From Candidatus Altimarinota bacterium (lineage in GTDB: Bacteria > Patescibacteriota > Gracilibacteria > CAIRYL01): a DNA stretch of 64,000 nucleotides. The DNA is taken from positions 1,248,001-1,312,000 of the forward strand of contig OZ252287.1 of NCBI GenBank assembly GCA_965250085.1. Direction: 5' to 3'. Positions 19,506-29,300 of this stretch are shown here, in pieces (position 1 is the stretch's first letter; each line of letters opens with the position of its first letter). The notes beneath the pieces are model-generated. The model was given only the letters and a program-made list of their open reading frames with translations, had not been told where the DNA came from and made no database searches. The translations under genes and the position numbers were made by a program.

Positions 19506-20410
19506 AACTTCACAATCTCTCCAAATTCATCATAGATCTTTACTTCGGGTTCCAGCGGTACTCCAAACCCGTCTTTTACTTTCTGAGCGACTTTTTGTGC
19601 CAATGCAATCATATCTTTTTGCGTCGCACTGCCGATGTTTTGCAAAAAATTGGCATGCATTTCTGAGACCATAGCATCTCCTATGCGCTCACCTTTGACT
19701 CCTGCAGTATCCAAGAGCCAGCCGGCTGCATTTTTTGGACTTGGAAAAGCATCTGACTCCGGAGGGTTTTTAAAAAATGATCCAGAAGAAAGACCAGCGG
19801 GTTGTTTTGTTTTTCGCATTTCTATGACTTCATTACATCGCTTCTGTATTTCCTCTGGATCTCCACTAGGTGCGGTCTGTTCTGCGCTCCAGACGATCCA
19901 TTTTTTTGGTTTCGTTGTATGAAGCTTAGAATTCCGATATTCATACTCAAACCACTCGTTTGTGACGATTTCAAATTTTCCTGTTTCAACATTAAGAATT
20001 TCTGCTTCCACCAAAGTATCTCGAGCTTCCCATCCAGGAATCCCAGCGTTCCCAGTGACAGCTCCGCCCCAAGTGCCGGGAAGGGCCAGAAAGCCGGACA
20101 GGTCTTTTTTGTTTTTCTTTGCAAATTGAACCAGTTCTGAAATGAGCACTCCGCTTTCTGCCCATATGTTTTCATTTCGCATTTCCAAAGCTTTATTCTT
20201 CATTTTGAGTACCAATCCGCGCAATCCTTTATCAGAAAACAAGATGTTGGAACCTCCTCCGAAGAAAAATATTTTGAGATTGTTTTCTTTGGCAAAAAGC
20301 ACTGCTTTTTCCAAACTCTCTTTGTTGGTAATTTCAGAAAAATAATCTGCTGCTCCACCAATTCGCATGGTGGTGTGTGGCGCCAGAAAGATATTTTTCT
20401 CAATTTTCAT
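19502..20410 (-). CDS. murB: UDP-N-acetylenolpyruvoylglucosamine reductase
   Basis: HTTMRIGG, GGGSNIL, PGT.GGA..NAG, SSGSFFKNP, HANFL, LEPEV. Confidence 0.95.
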   Translation of the reverse strand: MKIEKNIFLAPHTTMRIGGAADYFSEITNKESLEKAVLFAKENNLKIFFFGGGSNILFSDKGLRGLVLKMKNKALEMRNENIWAESGVLISELVQFAKKNKKDLSGFLALPGTWGGAVTGNAGIPGWEARDTLVEAEILNVETGKFEIVTNEWFEYEYRNSKLHTTKPKKWIVWSAEQTAPSGDPEEIQKRCNEVIEMRKTKQPAGLSSGSFFKNPPESDAFPSPKNAAGWLLDTAGVKGERIGDAMVSEMHANFLQNIGSATQKDMIALAQKVAQKVKDGFGVPLEPEVKIYDEFGEIVKF

Positions 20411-20498
20411 TCTTCACAAGTATATCGTTTTCCCGCAGAGAAAAAAACTTGCTCCTTGTGTTTTTTTCTCATACAATCTCTTGGCTTTTTAAAAGCAT

Positions 20499-20575
20499 GG
20501 AGCGGTAGTTCAGTTGGTTAGAACGCCACACTGTCACTGTGGAGGTCGCGGGTTCGAGTCCCGTCCGTTCCGCCA
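20499..20575 (+). tRNA. tRNA-Asp(GTC)
   Basis: GGAGCGG/CCGTTCC acceptor stem, CCACA-CTGTCAC-TGTGG anticodon arm, GGTTCGAGTCC, CCA. Confidence 0.97.
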
Positions 20576-20610
20576 GCACGTGCACTAATGCCGTGCTTGT
20601 ACCCGAGATT

Positions 20611-20631
20611 CCGCATATTCATGCGGTTTTT
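20611..20631 (+). terminator. Probable intrinsic terminator after tRNA-Asp
   Basis: CCGCAT-attc-ATGCGG followed by TTTTT. Confidence 0.55.
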
Positions 20632-20881
20632 CTATGTTCTCAAGAAGTCCCTCAGAGACTTGCCTAAGGTTGATTTTACAAGTCTCTTAAATTGTTAGCT
20701 GATGAAGGAGGGTGAAGGTGCACTATGCGTTTTTCGAAATCATCTAATTTAAAGATGTTTTTGGAAGTTTTTGAGATGAGAAAATTTGGCTCACTTTAGG
20801 GTTCGAATCTCAAGTTATTTTTCAGAAAAAGACTTATTTGTAGATAGACAAAAAAGTCTTTAAGAATCGATTTCTAAACAA

Positions 20882-21364
20882 TTACTCAATAATCTGTGCA
20901 TTTCTCACAGAAGTAGCCAATACAGCTGACCAGGAAGCTAGTTGTCCAGAGAAATTCACGCTATCACCTTTCTGAAATCCTAATAATTTCTCTTTTGCAG
21001 AATCCGGAAAAGTAGCAATCGCATCAGATACAAATGTACTTTTGAGACATTTGACCTGTAATTGCAGTTTTCCAAATGTTTCATCAACACTGGACACTTC
21101 TCCCTCCCATTTTACCCATTTGTTTTTGTATTCTTTGAATTTCTCATCTTTTTGAAGATCAGAAAGATTACTATTCAGTCCAAATATTTCATGAAATTCA
21201 ACGCAAGATATACCTACCCACTCTTTTTCTACAGGAGAAGAGGGTGTTTCTTCTGATTGACCATTAACTCCAATAATAATGGCTATAACCAGTATGGTGG
21301 TAATAATATAGTGGCGTAAAAACCAGTTTTTCTTTTTGTTTGTAGAAGTATTTGCTTCACTCAT
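20882..21364 (-). CDS. Membrane-anchored OB-fold (tRNA_anti-like) protein
   Basis: KKKNWFLRH.. followed by a TM helix; YKNKWVKWEGEVSSV...KGDSVNFSGQL. Confidence 0.7.
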   Translation of the reverse strand: MSEANTSTNKKKNWFLRHYIITTILVIAIIIGVNGQSEETPSSPVEKEWVGISCVEFHEIFGLNSNLSDLQKDEKFKEYKNKWVKWEGEVSSVDETFGKLQLQVKCLKSTFVSDAIATFPDSAKEKLLGFQKGDSVNFSGQLASWSAVLATSVRNAQIIE

Positions 21365-21416
21365 GTGGAAAAAATGAAAGAATAAAAAAAGTTTGTACAA
21401 ATAGGGACGACCCATT

Positions 21417-21532
21417 TGGACAAACTGCCATCAGCCCTTACGAGCTTCCGAAAGTTTATGAGCCGCCCCCTCTTGCACCTTTCGGGTACGAGGAAGCGAG
21501 CTCGATAAGGAATGCCGATAGCAATTTGTCCA
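21417..21532 (-). ncRNA. Putative structured RNA (5' leader or sRNA)
   Basis: Closing stem of ~18 bp whose three plus-strand C.A mismatches are G.U pairs on the minus strand; inner stem with GAAA loop. Confidence 0.6.
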
Positions 21533-21538
21533 CCTCCA

Positions 21539-21567
21539 ATATTACGAAACACTCCTTCTGTTATCAA
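21539..21567 (-). promoter_or_regulatory. Sigma70-like promoter TTGATA-17-TAATAT
   Basis: Predicted +1 (~21532) coincides with the start of the RNA stem. Confidence 0.6.
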
Positions 21568-21581
21568 GGCAAAAGAAAAAC

Positions 21582-23033
21582 TTAGAAACCATCTGGTTTG
21601 TGGGTAAAAGTTCTCAGCATCTTTTGTTTTCGAAATTTTTTACTAAGTTCGCCCAAACATAAAGAAAAAGCATCTGCGAGATCGTCATGAGATTCTTTTC
21701 CAAGGTTCACAAGTTGATTAACAAGTTCTTTAGCACCGTGTTCAGGAAAGAAGACTTTTCCACTCTGGGGGAGATGAGAAACAGCAGCTAAACGAGAATG
21801 TTTATCTCCATGTACTCTTATGGGTTTCGCAAGTAGATCGCGTTCTTTCAAATGCTCCACTACAGCAGATTGATATCCCACATCTTCGACATAAATTTGA
21901 GCTTTATGCCAACCAGAAAAACTATTCAAAAGATTACTAAGGGCATCAAGGGTTGCCAGATGAGTCATTCTTGCATTGAGAATTTGAGGCAATACATAAA
22001 ATTTATAGTTGTTTCGGTTTCCTACTACAGCAATTGGCACAGCAGCTGTGTAATCTGCTGTTTGTTTTTGAGAAATAGCTAAATCCACGCCTATGCCTAC
22101 AAACTCATAATCAAAAGTAATGCTACTATCGTAATATTGAATCCACTCAGGCCAGATGGGTCTTGCTGTAGTATTTATGATTCGCAAAAGATATTCTCTG
22201 TACCAAGATTCATCACTGCCTACGTTTCTCCTCAGACGCAGAAGCCCTTGCTCGGAAAAACGTTCTGGCCATAAACAATCTTCAGATTTATTAATTAATG
22301 GATATTCTCGTACCTCTGCATCAATTTCATTATTTTGTGCTTTGTGAATAAATCTCATCATTACTGAATCGTCATGGAGTAGATTTCCCACCATTATAAG
22401 TCGAGTTCCTTCGTTCCCGGCAGGTATGACTTCTCCAGTCAGAAATAAAAAAGTTTTGTCTCTGCTTTCTTTTGTTTTTACAGAAGAGATATCTTCAATA
22501 TCATCACAAATAATTAAATCGGGCCGATGTTCTTTGTGTCGAACTCCTCGCAAACTCTGTTCAGTAGAAGCTGCCAATATTTTTGCTTCATATTTGGCGA
22601 GAACAAGTGAGTTTTGACTCCACTCAGCATTGCGAGTAAACAAAGGTCCAAAATCTCTTCGTAAAAGTTCATTCTGTTCTAATTCTTCACGAATATTCTT
22701 GAGCAGCAACTGTGCCTGTTGTTGAGTCTGAGAAAGCAACACTATAAAATTTTTTTGTTGTTTTCCCAAAATACTCCAGAGCAAATATGAAAGAGTAATG
22801 ATAGTTGATTTTGCAGATCCTCGAAATGCCATGAGGAGAAATGTCTGCACACTCTCATCTTCAATTATTCTAAAAATCTCGTGATGGAATTCTGCCAGTG
22901 GATACTTGATATAATGAGAAAAATAAGTAGAAAAAAAGAGCAGAAAGCTTTCGTAAACTGCAGCCTTGCGAGTGCGAGGATGCTGAAGAGTTTGGAGTAA
23001 TTCGCCTTGAGATATTTGTGAGTTATTCATCAT
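21582..23033 (-). CDS. Phage terminase large subunit-like protein
   Basis: AFRGSAKST, RPDLIICDDIED, GVDLA, HDDLADAF. Confidence 0.88.
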   Translation of the reverse strand: MMNNSQISQGELLQTLQHPRTRKAAVYESFLLFFSTYFSHYIKYPLAEFHHEIFRIIEDESVQTFLLMAFRGSAKSTIITLSYLLWSILGKQQKNFIVLLSQTQQQAQLLLKNIREELEQNELLRRDFGPLFTRNAEWSQNSLVLAKYEAKILAASTEQSLRGVRHKEHRPDLIICDDIEDISSVKTKESRDKTFLFLTGEVIPAGNEGTRLIMVGNLLHDDSVMMRFIHKAQNNEIDAEVREYPLINKSEDCLWPERFSEQGLLRLRRNVGSDESWYREYLLRIINTTARPIWPEWIQYYDSSITFDYEFVGIGVDLAISQKQTADYTAAVPIAVVGNRNNYKFYVLPQILNARMTHLATLDALSNLLNSFSGWHKAQIYVEDVGYQSAVVEHLKERDLLAKPIRVHGDKHSRLAAVSHLPQSGKVFFPEHGAKELVNQLVNLGKESHDDLADAFSLCLGELSKKFRKQKMLRTFTHKPDGF

Positions 23034-23478
23034 CTGAAGGTATGTTTAAGGACTGGTTTGATTCATTCGTTTCTTGCTTCTGGGGAAGCACGAGAGAAAT
23101 GGCTGCGGCAACCTTTTGCTGCTGTTCTTCCGTGAGTGGAGCTGGTTTTTCTAAAGATGCACTTACTTCTACTCGTTGGCGATATGCATGGTGACGGTTC
23201 TTAAGCCAAAAAATTATAGAAGTAATATTTCCTTCTTGAATAGCACTCAGAAGTTTAGATTCCGTCATATCATTCATCATCGCCACTCCATCTTGAAGCG
23301 CTATATCAGAGGTATCCATGAAAGAAGCATCTTCTTCTCTCCAGCGATAATAGGTGGCACGAGAAATACCTGCTTTTTCACAAGCAACTTGTACAATCGG
23401 AATCTTTCTGAGATATCCAAGAAGAATTTCTTGTTTCTGCTCGGTTTTAGCGACGACTGATTTCGTTTTTTTTGGCAT
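23023..23478 (-). CDS. Terminase small subunit-like HTH protein
   Basis: IVQVACEKAGISRATYYRW, SIIFWLKNR; overlaps the large subunit start. Confidence 0.75.
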   Translation of the reverse strand: MPKKTKSVVAKTEQKQEILLGYLRKIPIVQVACEKAGISRATYYRWREEDASFMDTSDIALQDGVAMMNDMTESKLLSAIQEGNITSIIFWLKNRHHAYRQRVEVSASLEKPAPLTEEQQQKVAAAISLVLPQKQETNESNQSLNIPSDDE

Positions 23479-23503
23479 ATTGTATAAAAGAAAGAACAAA
23501 AAA

Positions 23504-24292
23504 TTATTGAACGAGTACCGCTTTCTGTTGAGTGAGTTTTTCCCAACGCTGAATAATTACCTCACAATAATGGGCATCAAGTTCCATCATCAAACACTTT
23601 CTCTGCGTTTGTTCGCAAGCCAGTAAAGTAGACCCTGAACCTCCAAATGGGTCACAAACAACTCCTCCTATTTGAGAGCTATTCAAAATTAATCTGCGAA
23701 GGAGCGAGATTGGTTTCATGGTAGGATGAAGCGTGCTCTTTTGTGGGCGTGGACAAAATAATACACTTCTGTCTGAACTCTTTTGGAAAGCATGTTTTCC
23801 TTTCCATCCATAGAGTATGAGTTCATGTTGGGGGTTATAATCAAGTCTACTCATAACCGCATTATTTTTTACCCAGAGAAGCAATTGAGAAATATGCATC
23901 CCCAGTTCTGTCACAGCATCTCGTAATGAGAAAACCATGCGGTCGGTATTGAAAATATAGAAACTGTTTGTCTTCGATAAATATGGAGACAGATTATTGA
24001 GCCACTGCCGTGAGAAGTGCTTATATTCGCCTGTACTCTGCAAGTGGTCGTTGGCAATAATCTTATGTTTTTTCTGGTTCATAAAATCTTGTTTTGCTTC
24101 CACAACAGCTACTCCATAGGGCGGGTCAGTAAGCAACAAATCAATCTTGTGTTTCTCACAAAGTAGCCTCATGTGTTCGGTATTTGTCGCATCTCCGCAG
24201 AAAAGGTGATGTTCACCGAGTTGCCAGATTTGTCCCATCTGAGTTTTGGATTTAGTTGATTTTTCTTGGCGTGTTGCCAGTGAGTTCTTCAT
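23504..24292 (-). CDS. N4/N6 DNA methyltransferase (beta class)
   Basis: TDPPY, HPTMKP, DPFGGSGST. Confidence 0.92.
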   Translation of the reverse strand: MKNSLATRQEKSTKSKTQMGQIWQLGEHHLFCGDATNTEHMRLLCEKHKIDLLLTDPPYGVAVVEAKQDFMNQKKHKIIANDHLQSTGEYKHFSRQWLNNLSPYLSKTNSFYIFNTDRMVFSLRDAVTELGMHISQLLLWVKNNAVMSRLDYNPQHELILYGWKGKHAFQKSSDRSVLFCPRPQKSTLHPTMKPISLLRRLILNSSQIGGVVCDPFGGSGSTLLACEQTQRKCLMMELDAHYCEVIIQRWEKLTQQKAVLVQ

Positions 24293-25535
24293 AGCGAGAA
24301 AGGATAAGAGAACAAAAGCGGGGATCGATTTCCATCAGATATGCAGTGCGTTGTAACTGTTCACAGGCAATTAAAGTTGAACCAGATCCTCCAAAAAGAT
24401 CCAAAACAAGATTACCAACCTTACTACATCTCAAGAGAGGCTTTTGCAGAAGTTGTGGTGGCTTTTGAGTAGGATGTTGGTACTCATTAGCTGGTAAACG
24501 TTTTACCAGCCAGATATTCAGCAAATCGAGAATATCTTCAGCAGTACGATTGCCAGTTTCTATCTCTGGATTCATGACTTCGTGTAAGTTGTTGTGTTTG
24601 GTGTTCAAATAAGGCTTGCCTCTAATGCTATACACACATGGCTCATAGATTTTATTGAACGCTATTTTAGGGGTCGCATTTTGATTATTCTTGATCCAAA
24701 GACAGACACGTTTATTCGTGAGTCCTGATTTCTCAGCTAACGATTGAAGAAGTCCAATATACTGCTCATCACACCACCAAAAACTATGACAATCTTGGTG
24801 GCAATATTTCAGTCCAACTTCCAGTGCTGTGTATAAGAAATCAGAGTATTCAGCTTTTGATTTCCCATCGTTCACTTCACTCTTGCTGTATTGTCTCTTG
24901 CCACCTATGCCAGCACTATAGTCCAGTCCGATGTTATACGGCGGATCACAAAAAAGAACATCTGATTTCTTCTTCTGCATAAGCTTTGAGACATCTTCTG
25001 CGCTTGTGGAATCTCCGCACATCAGACGGTGCCTTCCAAGGGTATAAATATCGCCAAGCTTTACCGTTACTTCCCCGAGTTCTTCAAATTTTTCTTCCAT
25101 ATCGAATTTATCATCTTCAATGGATAACAGATCTGACCAAATAGTTCCAAGGTCACTCTCATCAAAACCAATATCCAGAAGAAGGTTCATGTCAAATTTC
25201 TTCAAGAGTTCAAAATCCCATTTGCCTGTATTTCTATTAAGACGAAGATTGAGTTCTTTTTCTTTCTCAATATTTGAGATATTCAGAAAAACAACAGGGA
25301 CATCTTCCATGCCCAGTCTTTTGGCGACTTCCAAACGAAAATGTCCGCCAATGACAACATTCTTTCGTTGCTTGGCTTTGTTTACAAGAATTGGATCAAC
25401 AAATCCAAACTTCTTGATACTTTCTATCAGATACTTCATATCTCCTGCTCCCCATTTACGTGGATTATAGGGAGCGGGATTGAGGTCAGAGATGCTGACT
25501 TGATGGATAGTCGGTTTATTTTTGAAATAGTTCAT
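24252..25535 (-). CDS. ParB N-terminal domain fused to N4/N6 DNA methyltransferase
   Basis: PAPYNPRK, GFVDPILVN, IGGHFRL; CDPPY, HPTQKP, DLFGGSGST. Confidence 0.92.
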   Translation of the reverse strand: MNYFKNKPTIHQVSISDLNPAPYNPRKWGAGDMKYLIESIKKFGFVDPILVNKAKQRKNVVIGGHFRLEVAKRLGMEDVPVVFLNISNIEKEKELNLRLNRNTGKWDFELLKKFDMNLLLDIGFDESDLGTIWSDLLSIEDDKFDMEEKFEELGEVTVKLGDIYTLGRHRLMCGDSTSAEDVSKLMQKKKSDVLFCDPPYNIGLDYSAGIGGKRQYSKSEVNDGKSKAEYSDFLYTALEVGLKYCHQDCHSFWWCDEQYIGLLQSLAEKSGLTNKRVCLWIKNNQNATPKIAFNKIYEPCVYSIRGKPYLNTKHNNLHEVMNPEIETGNRTAEDILDLLNIWLVKRLPANEYQHPTQKPPQLLQKPLLRCSKVGNLVLDLFGGSGSTLIACEQLQRTAYLMEIDPRFCSLILSRYEELTGNTPRKIN

Positions 25536-25597
25536 AAAAAATCTATGGTGAAAGACGTTTCTGCACCATAAATTAGCAGCCCCTTAGAGAACTTCCT

Positions 25598-25621
25598 AAA
25601 ATTGTTACATGTAACAATTTT
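25598..25621. promoter_or_regulatory. Perfect 24-bp palindrome upstream of the ParB-MTase/terminase operon
   Basis: AAAATTGTTACATGTAACAATTTT. Confidence 0.65.
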
Positions 25622-25637
25622 TGCATTTTTCTGAATA

Positions 25638-26246
25638 TTATTTCCCTATATATCTTAAGGGAAATTTTGTTTTATAGTTTTCACGATAGTTTTCTGGTTC
25701 AAAAGCAGATTTTTGAATTCCAAAAAAATATTGGAGTTTCTTATCAAGACGGTGCTTTCTTTGACGCTTAGCAATATCTTTCTTGTTAGTCTTTTTGTAA
25801 GAAATTTCTGTCTGAGAAACTTGTTCTAGTAATTTCCATTCAGTGTTTGCTTTACCATTTCTAAAATCACATAAGCCTATATCTGTATGATTAATAATTG
25901 TGAATGTATCTGCAATAATTACGCAAGTTAGATCTTCATTAATTATAGCAATACTAATATCTCTCCAATCTTGTATATTCCAACCTTCTTCTTTTCTTGA
26001 AGAAAGAGAGATATGGCGATGGTCAGTGATAAGATCTTTTGAAAACTTTTGTACTACAAAGCGAGGGAACTCACTTTGAAGAGTTGTAATTATTTCTCTG
26101 GCGATCTTTGTAAATTCTATTATTGCTGGCATCCAACCATCAATTTGTTTTTTTAAAGTAATCATGCCCTGTACAGCTATCGTTGCAAATTGTTGCATGC
26201 CATGAACAAAATCGGAAAATGTTGGTGATTGTGAAGTTTGATCCAT
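25638..26246 (-). CDS. Hypothetical protein, possible C-terminal DNA-binding helix
   Basis: 202 aa; basic C-terminus KRQRKHRLDKKLQYFFGI. Confidence 0.6.
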   Translation of the reverse strand: MDQTSQSPTFSDFVHGMQQFATIAVQGMITLKKQIDGWMPAIIEFTKIAREIITTLQSEFPRFVVQKFSKDLITDHRHISLSSRKEEGWNIQDWRDISIAIINEDLTCVIIADTFTIINHTDIGLCDFRNGKANTEWKLLEQVSQTEISYKKTNKKDIAKRQRKHRLDKKLQYFFGIQKSAFEPENYRENYKTKFPLRYIGK

Positions 26247-26377
26247 AATGGAAATATATCACTTACTTTAAGAAAAATATATCTTAAAGCATGCCTCTCA
26301 AAATATTGCTTAAAATCCTTGCTTAAGGTATTATTATATGATAAATTTCATATTCTGTCCATCCATCTCAATTCAAC

Positions 26378-29300
26378 ATGCCTCTTGCTATTGAAACTGC
26401 ATCGGAATCTCCTTCTCAAAAGTTGGAACAAGTGAGTGCAACTCTGAGAAGATTGTATGGAAGAGGATTTGAAATTAAAACATTTTCTGATCCTGGAAAA
26501 GGGGTTATGAAGATAGAATCAGGAGGAGACTTCCATTTGAATGAGGCGAAACTGGCTGGACTGACTCTTGAAAGCTGTATTGCTCAGACGATTAGTGTGG
26601 CTGAGGCTTGGCAGATGCAAATAGGCATACGACAAGACCCTCAATTTGCAACAGAAGTAGCAACGTATGAAGCACATAAAGATCGGCCATCCTACAAACT
26701 CTTGTATGGAGTATTGTTTGAAAGTGTTGCTTTACGTGACAAGGCTTTGACAGATAGTTCATTACAACAAGTCGCAATGCATACTGCCCGGCAGAGATTG
26801 CAAAAATTAAAACGAAGATTTCCTCATGTACTGCCTCCCCAAGTCCAATACTTGATAGGACTGATTGATCCTGACTCTCGGGAAATTCAAGACACTGAAG
26901 TACAGAAAGCAATCGGAGATCTTCAGTCTTCAGGTATATTACGCAAACTTTTTGACCACCGCGTGAATGCTGGAACGAAGCTGAGGACGATTCATGGGCA
27001 GATCTTTCAGGACTACAGATATTTTTTACGACAGGCTCAGCATCCAGATGCAAAATGGGCAAAACAAAAAAAGGAACCAAAGAAAATCCGGCAGAGGTCA
27101 AGAGAAGAAATAGAGCAGATTATGAATCCGCCAGGACGCATTCCCCCTTCTCACCAACTCCCTCCAGCTCCACCGGAAGTTTTGGAGGAAATGTCTCAAG
27201 AATCATCCTCTGAGCCCGAAACACCAGATCCATCATCTGGACCTGAGCCAGAAGAATCAGAAGAAGTACCAGAGCTTCCGGATATGCCTTCTCTGCCAAT
27301 TCCAGAACAAAATGACGCCTCAGATAAGTCTTCGTCTACTCCTCCAGACAGTCCTCAGGGTACACCTGATTATCAAGATGAATACTCCACACCCGAAGGT
27401 GGAGAATTTGAAAAAGATCCTTCGGGGAAAGGCTATAAATTAGAAATATCGCCACCCCTTCTCGGGTACTATTCAACTGACAGAAAGAGCTATTGGAATG
27501 CACAGCGTAAGAAATGGGCCAACAAAAGCAGCCTTACTCGATATAAAAATATCGCCAGGTTTACAGGAAAAAAATACAATCTCTCTGGGGAAATTAGTGG
27601 ACAGAATTTAAAACCATTTCCCTTGCCAGTTGGATATGTTCCTGATCTTGATTCTTTGCAATACACAGGAGACAAGCCAACTGTGTATCGTGATCAAAAT
27701 GGTTGTTTTCAGATAAAACTTTCTGGGCAAGGCAAATGCCAATTGAGCATTGATTTTTATAAAGAAGATGACCAAAAATCGCCACATCCCATTTCTGAGG
27801 ATAGTGAGCAAATGTACGCAGGATCACTCTCGGGGAATGCGCAGCAGGCATTTGTGAAAGCAGAAAAAGAAGTGGATTCAAAGAAAAAAGCAGCAATAGT
27901 TCGTGATTACGTGAGGAAGAATCATTTTTATCCACCAGGTAAAAATGATATGGAAACAATGAATGCTGCAAAAAAGATACAAGCAGAGTTACAAAACATT
28001 TCTGATGCCCAAAATTATATTCATAATTTAGACAATTCTCCGCATTTGGAATGTTATTCGGCAAATAATCTGATGGTAGCAATGGTAAGAGCTCTTAGAA
28101 TTCCTGCACGGATTGTTACTGGGCATCACGTGCAACATACAAACACAAAAGGAAATGCCGAAATTAATTCAGCCAATGGCCATGGATGGTGTGAAATTTG
28201 GGATGGCAATAGCTGGGTTGGGTTTGATGCCACTCCTCCACCTGATCTAAATGACCCAAAAAATAAATCAGATCCAGCTGATCAGGATGAGAATGAAGAG
28301 CAAGAACCACAAGATCAATCGCCGGCAGAAAATGCTGATGATGGTGCAGAACGAACGGATACAAGTGAAGATGATGGAGAAGGAGAAGAAGGTGGAGAGC
28401 CACAGGATGGAGCAGATGATGGGCAGCAAAGTGATGAAGAAGGGGATGGTGAAACAAGTGAAAAACCGCCAGGAGAAAAAGGAGAAGGAGATGCTGATGC
28501 GGAAATTGCTAATGAGGAAGATGGAAAAGGTAGTGAACAAGACGGCGATGGTGGAGAACAAACTGATGAAGTAGATGATGACTTTGATCCCAAAGAAGAA
28601 TTAGAGAGGATGTATGAAGAATTAATAGAAGAAACTGCAGGTATGCCAGATGAAGAGGAAATAAAAAGGACATTACGAGAGATTGAACGTGAGGCAGCAG
28701 CACAACAGGCACTTGATCCGGAAGAAAGGTATGTACAAGATAAACATCCTGGATTAACACCAGAACTCAGAAGGCAAATAGCTGAATTTATTAGGGAATT
28801 TCGGAGAGATATGCAAATTATTGAACAAATTCCAAATCCTGATCCCGAATCTCCACATACTACGTTTATGGAAGCGTTTAAAGCAATGATTGATCGTATT
28901 GTTTCCCGTCGTTATGTAGAGCGAAGGGTACGCAAATATCCGACAACAACGGGAAGACTGGTGAGACCCGTAACTCGACATACTGATAAGTTGGCTGGAA
29001 AAAGGCAGTCATACGCTTTCAAGACACGAGAACGAAAATTATTTGAAGAAAAAAAGATTACAAAGGTACGGTGGCGTACGATTATTGATCGTAGTGGCAG
29101 CATGGATAGTCAGAAACTACGGACACAACAACAAATTGAAGTACTTAAAAATGCCGTTGTTGCCGAAAAACAAATTGAACTGAATGAACTTTCTGCTCGT
29201 CTCAAGCAAGATTTACGGCTAGAAACAGAAACGTGGCAATTTGGTGGTCCTGACCCAGAGACCGGTCAGCAATTTTCTTGTATCAAGCCACTTTCCAGTA

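Noticed and set aside
20795-20815. GGGTTCGAATCTC T-arm-like sequence as a tRNA fragment or att site
   Set aside because: No acceptor stem or CCA context; too short to distinguish from chance
23504-25535. Restriction-modification system
   Set aside because: No restriction endonuclease motif nearby; context is terminase-associated methyltransferases
28164-28760. Antisense His/Ser-rich ORFs
   Set aside because: Shadow frames of the acidic low-complexity linker of the 1242-aa protein
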